From a bacterium (GTDB lineage: Bacteria > UBA9089 > CG2-30-40-21): a DNA stretch of 57,225 nucleotides. Below the pieces are notes generated by a model. It was not told the DNA's origin. It ran no database searches and saw only the letters and a program-made list of their open reading frames with translations. A program made the position numbers and the translations under genes. Below, in pieces: positions 30,001 to 42,000 of this stretch; the stretch's first letter is position 1; the number at the start of each line of letters is the position of its first letter. Location of the stretch: contig JASEHA010000001.1 of NCBI GenBank assembly GCA_030018795.1, forward strand, positions 1-57,225, in the 5' to 3' direction.

Positions 30001-33000
30001 AGGATAAACTTTGGGACAAGCAAGACAGTATATACCCAGGCTGATAAATATGGTTCATTCTCAACCACCTTTACTGTTGACACTCAAGGCTGGGGTGTGA
30101 CTACTATCTGTGCCACAGGGACATCATCAGGGACATCATCCATTAATTTCTATGACATTGAGACCGAGATAATCCTGGTTAGCCCAACCTTTGGGACAGT
30201 AACAACCATGATTACAATTAAGGGTAATGGGTTTAAGATAAATGAGCTTGTCCGAATTGACTTTGGGAATACAACAAGCATTACTGAGGTTTATGCAGAC
30301 AATATTGGTTCAATTACAGCAATATTTACGGTAAATACTCAAGTTCATGGGACAAAGACTATTTCAGCTACAGGTGTTGTCTCCAATCAGCCGGCTGATG
30401 GTTACTATAGAATCATTGCTCGTGTATGGGAGGTTTCGCCAAACAGCGGTACGGTTGGGAAAACGATTACGGTTAAGGGTGATGGGTATTGTGCGACAGA
30501 GATGGTTGCGATACAGTTTGGGACAGAGCTGAATGTTGCACCATTATATCGAGTAACAGAAGACCTAAATGTTACAAATACAGATGCAAATGGTAGCTTT
30601 ATAACCACCTTTGTTGTTCCGGCTCAACCAGCTGGCACAAGCACTGTCCTTGCTCGCAGCTGGCAGACCAATCCACAGCAGGCAGTTAATTATCTCAAGG
30701 TTACAGGGCATATTGTCAGTGTGAATCCACCATCAGGACCAGTGGAAAGAACACAGGTTATTGTCCATGGCAATGGGTTTGGAGCAGAAGAGCTTGTCAG
30801 AATAGACTTTGGAAACACCTCATCTATTGCCATTGTTTCAGCCGATATTCATGGTGTATTTGAGGCAAGATTTACGGTTAATACCCAGCCGGTTGGTATG
30901 ACTACCATTGTGGCTACAGGGCTTATATCAGGGACATCTGATGATGATACATTCTATATCACTACCGGGGTAACATCCATATCCCCAGCAGTAGGTACTG
31001 TGGGTATGAATGTCCATCTTGAGGGGACTGGTTATGAGGCAGATGAGACTGTGCGTGTTGATTTTGGGGATGATACAGGTGTAGTTACAGCTACAGCCAT
31101 GGGAAATGGTATCTTTGCGGTTAACTTTACTATTACATCTCAGGCATGGGGTGATGTGGTGGTTATGGCTCAGGGTGTTAGTTCTGGTGCATCAGGTACT
31201 ATTATGTTTAAGATGAATGAAAACCTGATTATTACACCTACAGCAGGCACGGTTGGAAGCACGGTTTATCTGACGTGTACTGGTTATGGAGTCAGCGAGG
31301 GGATAAAGGTTAGATTTGGAACAACATATCCCATGCTTCAGGGTCAAGCTACTGGACATGGTGTTTTTATTACGCAATTTACCATTAATGAACAGGTTGT
31401 TGGCTCAACATCTATTACTGCTCTGGGACAAACGGTTGGTACTAAGTTTACCCAAATATTTACTATTCGTCCAGAGATATGGGTTAGTCCATTGGATGGA
31501 ACGGTTGGAAGCATTATAATCGTATGGGGCACAGGGTATGGGGCAGATGAGGATATCAGGGTTGACTTTGGCAATACCATAACCATTAATACCGGTCATA
31601 CAGATAATTGTGGTACATTCAGTGTTGCCTTTACTATTAATACCCAGCCTATAGGTCCAACGACCGTTACCTGCACTGGCTTAAACAGTGGGACATCAAC
31701 AGATGCCTTTGTTACTATTAAACGCGAAATTACCGGTGTATTTCCAACCTATGGCTCGGTTGGGGCAACCATTCTGGTTGAGGGGACAGGGTATGATGCT
31801 GGTGAGCCTATTCGTATAGGGTTTGGAACAACAGGGAGTATTACGACAACCTATGCCAGTCTAATGGGATCGTTTAGCGTAACCTTTACCATTGATACCC
31901 AGTTTACCGGGACAAAGACTATCACTGCTCATGGCTTACAGTCTCATGCTGAGTACTATGGCTATTGCCGTGTTATGCCCAAGATCACCCTTGTTTCACC
32001 TGCTAACGGGACAATTGGGACACCGGTATATGTTACTGGTACTGGTTATGGCGAAGGTGAGACGGTTAAGCTTGATTTTGGTACTATTATGAATAAGGCA
32101 AGCTCATGGGTTGCAACGAATGTAGGCACATTCAGCGGCTGGTTTAATGCCAATGACCCACAGGCTTATGGTACCACAACGGTTGTGGTAACAGGACTTA
32201 CCTCGAATGTGGCCACCATCTCCTACTTCTTTATTGGGGTTAAGCTGACAGATGTTGTTCCATCATTTGGAACCGTTGGTCAGGTGGTTACGGTTTATGG
32301 TAATGGATATAATCCTTCTGGCAATATCCATATTACCTTTGGCAGGAGCCCAACAGCTGCGACTACGGTTACTGATGCTGCTGGCTCGTTTATTGTGCCG
32401 GTTACGGTTGATGTACAGGCATTTGGAACAACCACGGTTATGGCTACAGGTGTAGATATCGGGGTATCATCTACTTTCTCTAAGTTCTTTATTATTAAAT
32501 CGAATATCATCTATTATGAGCCGAGTGAAGGCTCTGTAGGGACAGTAGTAACCATCCAGTCTGATGGTTATGGGAGCAATGAGCTGGTGGTTATTGGGTG
32601 TGGGATGAATCCTACCCTTACGACCACCCAAGCCTCAACGAATGGCTCATGGACACATGTATTTACCATGGATACGCAACCCTATGGAACGCATACTATT
32701 ACAGCTACTGGCATGGATAGTAAAGAGGTTAATTATCGACTATTTAAGATTACACCAAGGATTATCCTTGTTTCACCGTCTTATGGTACAATAGGGACAC
32801 AGATAGGGGTGCGGGGCAATGGATATTATGCCAATGATGAATTAAGGGTGTATTTTGGTACTACAGAGGTAGGCACAGAGGGTGAGACAGATATTATTGT
32901 TTGGACAGATAACGTAAGAGGCAGCTTTACGGTTTACTTTACCACAGGGATAAGGCCTGCAGGCACAACAACTATCCTTGTCCGAAGCAAGGGTTATCCG

Positions 33001-36000
33001 GGTCAGCGTGATACATCTACATTCTTTATCATTCCCAAGATTATTATTTGCACACCAACACATGGAACGGTTGGCACAACCATCAGCCTTGAGGGTAATG
33101 GGTATTATGCAACAGAAAAGGTGAGGATTAACTTTGGGACAAATGGAACCATTACCACAGTAACTACAAGCGGAATAACTCAGGTACCATCTCAGGATTG
33201 CTGGGTAGGCGGCACCTTTAGTGTTACCTTTACTGTAGATACTCAACCCTATGGCACAACAACTATCCTTGCTACAGGGCTTGACTCTAACCTGACGGCT
33301 AAGGAACAAGTCTTTATTGAGCCAGCTATTCCGTTTGTCATTCCAGATAGGGGGACGGTTGGGTCAGAAGTAACGGTTAAGGGCAATGGGTATAGTGTCT
33401 CTGAAGGGATTGTGGTTGATTTTGGCAAGTATTTGAATATGGCCCAGGCAATAACCGATATCAATGGTTCATGGACAGCCATATTTACTGTTGATACGCA
33501 ACCCTATGGCACAACAACCATTCGGGCAATTGAAACAAGAACAGGGATTGCAGCAGAGAATACATATATTATTGTTACCAAGCTTTCATTGGTTACACCA
33601 ACACGAGGTACGGTTGGGACGATTATCTCTATCTACTCTAATGGGTATGGTAATGATGAAATCATCAATGTTATTTTGGGGACAACACCATCAATAGCCA
33701 TTACGCAAGCTTCAAGTGAGGGGACATTTAGTGCAACCTTTACCATTGACAGGCAGCAGCTTGGCGATACCTTGCTGCGGGTTGTTGGGATAACTACAGG
33801 CAAAGAAGATACTGGCTGGATAACTATTAACCCGGCCATTCCATCGGTTTCGCCAACAACTGGAACAGTAGGGGCATATGTGACAGTTATTGGCGACGGC
33901 TATAAGGCAACTGAAGGGGTAAGGATTTCTCTGGGTAAGAATACAACTATCTCTATGGTAATCACAGATGTTTGTGGTTATTTTGAGTCTATATTTACTA
34001 TTGATACTCAGGTGTATGGGACAACAACCGTCACAGCTGCTGGTCTTGATTCTGGCACAATTTCATTCAACAGGCTGAAGATTACCCAGGAGATTATTAC
34101 CTTGTCGCCGAATAATGGGACAGTAGGAACAATTGTTTTGCTTGAGGCAAATGGTTTTGGTGCAAATGAACTGCTCAGGATTGACTTTGGAACAGTAAGA
34201 ACGATTACTACAACAAGTGCCAATCTGAACGGCTCATTCTCTACCACGTTTACCATTGATACTCAGAGCTATGGAACAACAACCGTATTGGTTACTGGCT
34301 TAGTTACAAACGAACAGGATATGGTTTTCTTCAATATCAGACCAAGAATAAGATTGGTAACACCTTCATCTGGCTCAGTGGGAACAATTGTTAACCTATA
34401 TGGTGATGGATTTGGTGCAAACGAGGATATAGGGATTGACTTTGGCAAAACAGCAACTATTGTGCAGACGAGCACAAACATCTATGGTGCGTTTAATATA
34501 GCCTTTACCATTGATGTCCAGCATGAGGGAACAACCAGTGTGCTTGCCAGAGGGCTGACATCAAATGAGCAGGCAGGGAATGAGTGTCGCATCTTTGCCC
34601 ATATCACCCTTCTTACACCAAGTGTTGGAACGGTTGGCAGTATAGTTGTTATTGAGGGTGATGGTTATGGCGATGAAGAGGTTATCAGAATCGATTTTGG
34701 GACAACACAGAGTATTACTACTGTTGTGACAACCTTTGACGGCACATTTAGCGTCAGCTTTACTGTAAATCCACAGGTATATGGCTTTACCAGTGTCAGG
34801 GCATATGGCTTGACCTCAAGTGAAGAGGATAGTACCCGGTTTATAGTTACAGTTGATGCGACGACAATTACTCCAAATTCAGGACCCATTGGAACAGTAG
34901 TATTGATGATGGGTGCCGGGTATGGAGCAAGTGAGACCATTCGCATCTCTTATGGTTCAACTAAGACTATTGCTACCTGCACAGCAAATGAGGCAGGACT
35001 ATTTATAGTTAACTTTACCATTGATACTCAAGCATGGGATGTGATATCTCAAGGGTCAAAGACTGTGACAGCATATGGGCTAATAACCAATGCCTCCTCA
35101 TCCCTTACTTATAAGTTAATCCAAAGAATTTTGAGGGTAGTGCCAACCCAGGGTAGTGTAGGAACGCTTGTTTCTATCTGGACCGATGGATATGCACCCA
35201 ATGAGCCTGTCTGGAATATATTTGGCTCATCACCACATGGGCCAACATATTATTCATCTGCAGCAGGAACGCTTACCTCAACCTTTACGGTTGATACTCA
35301 ACCAGGTGGGACAACAACCATTACAGCTGAGGGTAGATTTGGTTCATTTGGTATTGCTCAGAATATCTTTATCATCAAGGGCAGGGTATTGTCTGTTAAT
35401 CCTTCGAGTGGAACGGTTGGGACAAGGGTGACGGTTAGTGGTGATGGTTATGGAAAGGATGAGATGGCTGTGGTTCACTTTGGGTTTACTCAAACCATTA
35501 CCTATGCTGCGGTTAATCCAGCAGGTAAGTACAGCACCTCTTTTGTGGTTACGACCCAGCCAGCAGGAACAACAACCATTACGGTGGTAGGTCCTGTATC
35601 TAATCAGGAGAGTATGGGATACTTCAAGGTAGAGACTGGCTTGACCCTGATTACACCGTTAAAGGGTACGGTTGGTACATTAGTAACCATTGAGGGTTGT
35701 GGCTATGGCAGCAGCGAGGGTATTCGTATCAGTCTGGGAACAACACCAACTATTACCATAGTGACAAGCAGTCCTTATGGCTCGTTCTCAGTAACCTTTA
35801 CCGCTAATACCCAGCCGCTTGGTGGCAGGGTTTTATCTGCCATTGGAATAAATAGCAAGATAGTAAAGAGTGGTATGTTCAGTATTCAGGCTACAGTAAC
35901 AAAAATATCTCCTGATTTTGGGACAATAGGCCGAATAATTACAGTTTGGGGTAATGGTTTTGCCTATCCAGATAAGGTTTATGTGCAATTTGGCGAGGGA

Positions 36001-39000
36001 CAGAGGATACCAGTTGGGGATACTGTTGGCAGCGGTTCGTTTATGGTTATCTTTACCATTGATACTCAGGTTTATGGGACAAAGACTGTAGTGGTAGATG
36101 GGAATGCCACACCACCGGTGTGGGGATATTGTAAGATAGTTGCAGATACAGCCATAGTAACACCATCTACTGGCAGTGTAGGGACAATAGTTACTATTAA
36201 AGGCGGCGGTTATAGCGATACTGAGCCTATTCTTGTTTACTTTGGTACATTTGGTGATGCCATTACCTCTACCTCTGCCGGGATAGATGGTCACTTTGAG
36301 GTTGGGTTTACCATCAATACTCAATCTTGCGGGACAACAACCATAAGGGTTAAGGGATTTGGTGAGTCAGGTCAGGAGACATTCAATAGATTCTTTATCA
36401 CCAGTAATGTGGTTTCAGTCATGCCGACAAAGGGTAGTGTTGGCTCTAAGGTAACGGTTTATGGCAATGGTTATAACTCTGTAGAGATGATTAATATCAA
36501 GTTTGGAACAAATGATTCTATAAGCTTGGTTGAGAGTAATAACTTGGGTGAGTTCACATCTATCTTTGCGATTGATGTTCAAGCCTATGGGACAACAACA
36601 ATAACAGCTATCGGTGCAAGCTCTGGTCAGATAGCACAGAATATTTATGGTATTGTCGGTAATCTTATACAGGTAAGGCCGTCTTCTGGTATTATTAGTA
36701 CCTTTGTTACGGTAACAGGTAATGGATATGGAAAGAGTGAACAGATAGTTGTTGACTTTGGAACAACAAAGACCATTGCTACAATTGTATCCTCACAGTA
36801 TGGGACATTTACCGTATCCTTTACAGTAGATACGCAGAGATATGGACGAAACAGTATCACCGCTACAGGGATAACCACAAAGACCAAAGCCAGCAATATT
36901 GATTTCTGGGTTATGCCAAGGATATACTCTGTCAGCCCCACTATTGGTTCAGTGGGTAGTATTGTGACCCTGAAGGGTGATGGCTGGAGTATTAATGAGG
37001 CAGTGAATTTCTATTTTGGTAATGAATTCTATAAGTATACAGGTGGCAGTGATCAGTCCATTGGGTCTACTCAAACGAGCGGATTTGGGACGTTTACCGG
37101 CAGCTTTGTGGTTGACCTTGAGCCTTATGGGACAAAGAGTATTACAGCTAAAGGGATGAAGACTGGTGGAACAAATGTTGCAGGGAATGAATTCAAGATT
37201 ATTGGTAACATTACCAGGGTTTCGCCTTCCATTGGTACGGTTGGAAGCTGGGTGACCATTGAGGGCAATGGGTTTGACGGTACAATAAATCAAACGTTTG
37301 GAGAGTATTTGCATATTGACTTTGGCAAGGTAGATGACAGAATAGCATTTGGAGAGGTTTCAGCTGTGACGATTGGCAGCTTTATAGCTGCGTTTACTAT
37401 TGATACTCAAGTATTTGGATATACAACTGTTCGAGTAAGGGGAGATGACAGTGGGTGTATCTCAGAGAAGATATACAGGATAATTGGCAATATTACTTTA
37501 GTAACCCCAACAGGCGGGACACTCGGGAGTATGGTGACAATTACAGCTACAGGCTTTGGTGCCAGTGAGAGTGTGTCTGTTGACTTTGGAACAAGTCCTG
37601 CGGTTGGCTCGTCTGTATCAAGCAATGACGGTACATTTACAGCAAGCTTTACTATTGATACCCAGCCTTGCGGCAAGACGACCATACTTGCTTTTGCCAG
37701 TCTATCAGGGGCAATGGCTACACATAGCTGTTATATCCATGGCAAGATAATTGAGGTAACACCAATTGCTGGTTCTGTAGGAACAATGATTACGGTTAGT
37801 GGTGTTGGCTATGGTGTTATGGAGAATGTATGGATTGATTTTGGGAACAAGACACAGATAGAGATTGGACAGACAAACGAGAATGGTATCTGGACAACAG
37901 TCTTTACAGTAGATACACAAATGGCAGCAACCAAGACCATAACTGTGACAGGATTCATGTCATCTGAACGCAGTCAGGATACCTTCTTTATTACTGGCAG
38001 GGTGACTGGTATCCAGCCAACAGCCGGGCCAGTAGAGACAACGGTTACGCTTACTGGTAATGGATATAAAGGGGATGAGGAGATACATATTCACTTAGGA
38101 ACAACCATAACCATTGCCAGCGGTTATGCTCAAACAGACGGCAGTTTTGAAATAATATTTACCATAGATGATAAGCCAGCCGGGACACATACGGTTATTG
38201 CTCAGGGTGTTGATTCAGGTCAGATTGATCATACATGGTTTGTGGTTAATTACGGTATCTCTATCTTAAGTCCGACAAGTGGCACGGTAGGGACACCAGT
38301 AAGGATTATTGGTAATGGTTATGGAACTGATATAGCTGAGAATGTCAAGATTTCCTTTGGAACAACGCAGACCATGGCTGTACTTACTACAAGTGATAGT
38401 GGAAGGTTTGAAGCTATACTTACGGTTGATACCCAGGTTTATGGGACAACTACAGTTATTGCTACCGGACTTAGCAGCGGCAAGGTTAATCAGGTTTATT
38501 TCTTTGTTGTACAGAGGATAAGCAGTATAAGCCCATCTGTTGGTAGTGTAGGGACATTGATTACGGTTAGTGGTGATGGATATTATAAGAATGAATTGAT
38601 AAATGTTGATTTTGGCATAACAACAATAATTAAAGCGGTTTACACGAAACAAGGCGGAGACTTTGAGGCAATATTTACTATTAATACTCAACCCTCTCAA
38701 AATTATGATGGTAATACAGGGACAACAGCTATCACGGCTACTGGGTATAGATCTAAGCTTGTTGATACAGATGGATTTGTGATTATTGGAAATATAACCA
38801 GTGTTACACCATCTGTTGGTACGGTTGGAACAAGGATTACGATTAGTGGTAATGGTTTTAAAGCTGATGAATTAATAAAGATTATATTTGGAACAATAGC
38901 TCAGCCGCAGGTACAGATGACAGATGCAATTGGTTCATTTACAAAGAGTTTTGTTATTAATACCCAACCAGCAGGAATGACTACGATTGATGCCTATGGA

Positions 39001-42000
39001 ATGGCTTCAAGGTTAACGGCGTATAATTACTTTGACATTATTCCAGATATAACATTAGTGTCACCTACAACTGGTACGGTTGGTCAGGCTGTGATAATTA
39101 CTGGTACTGGCTACAGGGCTGCAGAAACCATACATATTACCTTTGGCAATAAACCAACCATTGCTACATGTATAGCCAGCAGTCCGGTTGCAGAAAAGGA
39201 TCCATGCGGAACATTCTCTGTTGTATTTACAGTAAACACCCAGCCAGCTGGAACAACGACTATCATGACCACTGGTCTGGCAAGCGGCTTGAAGGTGCAG
39301 AGGATATTTGATATTACCTGTGATATCTATTACTTTAGTCCAATAACAGGGACAATTGGGACACCTGTCATGGTTAAGGGAACAGGTTATGGCTCAAGTG
39401 AATCAGTAAAGATAAACTTTGGGCATACTCCAAGTATTATGACCCTGACAATAAGTAATCAAGGTTCATTTACAACCATATTTACTATTAATACGCAAAT
39501 ATATGGAACAAAGACAGTAACAACTATAGGCAATACAAGTGGTGAGACATATGATAAAACCTTCTTTATTATGCAGAGAATAAGGTCGCTTACACCAACC
39601 ATTGGCTCTGTTGGGGCATTGGTTGAAATAGTGAGCGATGGATACTATGCCTCTGAGTCAGTAAGTATACTCTTTGGCACCTTGCCTGGTAAGGTGGCTC
39701 AGCCGACTACAAATAGTGATGGCTGGTGTATAGCAACCTTTACAGTAACTACTCAACCATATGGGACAAAGACGGTGAAGGCAAATGGCTTGACTTCATG
39801 GTTAAAGTCTCAGGTTTACTACTATATTCAATCCAGGATTTCAGTGCTCAGTCCAGAGGCAGGAACCGTTGGTCTTATGGTTACGGTTGAGGGCACAGGG
39901 TTTGGACCAGATGAACAGATCCGTGTTGATTTTGGTGATACAATAAGCATTGCTCTGGCAACAACCAGCAATGAGGGTACCTTTGCTACATCCTTTGTTG
40001 TAGATGAACAACCAACAGGCGAGCATCCTGTTATTGCCAGCGGGTTATTTAGCGGGCAGACACATACCAGGGTATTTAGTATCCAACCAGGTATATCTAT
40101 TGTCAGTCCAGACTCTGGTACGGTTGGAACACTGATTGAGGTTGAGGGTAAAGGGTACTGGGCAGGTGAATGGATTCAGGTTGATTTTGGTAAGACCCCC
40201 GATAGAGCCAACGTTGATACAAATACAAAGGGCGGGTTTAAGACAAGCTTTACTATTGATACTCAATCCTTTGGCATAACAACGATTAGAGCTATAGGTT
40301 TGTCCTCATCTCTAACAGATGACGATGTCCTTGTTATTCGTGGTCATATCCTTAATATGACACCAACCATTGGCTCTGTTGGCAGTATAATCAATATTGA
40401 TGGTGATGGGTATGGAGATAATGAATGGGTCAGGTTCTATCTTGATGAGCAATTGTTAGAGGATAAGATATTTACCTCAAGTAATGGTACCTTTAGTGGT
40501 ATATACGTTATTAATACTCAACCTTATGGAACAAAGGTTGTCAGGGTTTATGGCAGTAGTACGGCTGAGATAACAGAGGCTCAATTTACTATTCATGCCA
40601 ATGTTACCCATGTCCTGCCATCCTTTGGTACGGTTGGCAGTCTTGTGACCATTAAGGGGAATGGATATGGAATAAATGAACAGGTATTTGTTACCTTTGG
40701 GACAATACTGGAACCAAAGATTGCCAATACATGGAGTAATTATCGTGGTGAGTTTGAGGTAAGTTATGTTATTAATACTCAAATCTATGGGACAACAACG
40801 GTAAATGTTGAGGGCATCCCATCATTTGAGAAAGCTAATAATTACTACCACATCCGTGAAAACATTACCATTGTTTCTCCAACCACAAGCATGGTTGGCT
40901 CTTTTGTTACGGTTATGGGTAATGGATATGGGTTAGGGGAAGTGATACGGATTGATTATGGGAAGGTTATAAGTATTACTGAGACAATAAGTAATGCACG
41001 TGGTGAATTTAACACAGTCTTTACAATTGATACTCAGAGATATGCAACCCATACTGTGACAGCATCAGGCTTAAACACACCGACATGTTTTAGTTCATAC
41101 CACTTTATTATACCAAAGATTGTGGTTAATCCAACAACCGGTATGTTGGGAACAATAATTACGGTTTGCGGAACTGGTTATGGCTCAAGCGAGGCAGTGA
41201 GGTTAGACTTTGGAACCAGTCCAGGAATAATCTATGTTGATGAGGCATCTGAAGAGGGATCATTTACTATATGCTTTGCCATAGATACACAAAAGTGTGG
41301 TAAGACTATGGTTGAAGGTAGCGGTCAACAGCATGGTGTCCCTGCAAGTGATTATGTTTGGATTACACCAAAGGTTTGGGTATTACCATCAATCGGTGTA
41401 GTCGGTGCAGAGATTACGGTTATGGGTTCAGGTTATGCTGTCTCTGAAACCGTACAGATAGACTTTGGCAAGAGTATAAATATGTTTACAGCCATACCAG
41501 ATGAGAGTGGATACTTTGCTAAGGTCTTTACCATAGATACGCAGGGATTTGGAACAACAACCCTGATAGCCACAGGGCTTTCAAGTGGGTTATCCAATCT
41601 GACAACAATTAAGATACTGGGTAAGATTCGGGAGGTAATTCCAACTACCGGGACAATAGGCAGTTATGTGACAGTTATTGGTGATGGTTATCAGCCTGGT
41701 GAGCAGGTATGGATTGATTTTGGAACAACCATGTCTATTGTTGATCCAGTGGTTGATAATGATGGTGTGTTTGTTAAGGTATTTACGGTTGATACCCAGG
41801 TTTATGGAACAAAGACGATTAAAGCCAGGGGTATTAGCTCTGGTGAGACAGGTGTGAGCAAGTATGTGTTGATACCTAATATTACTGCAGTTATACCACC
41901 ATCTGGCACGACAGGGATTACGGTTACGGTTACTGGTAATGGGTATCAGGCAGGAGAGGTGATACAAATATTCTTTGGCACAGATACTGGGTCAAGGAAT

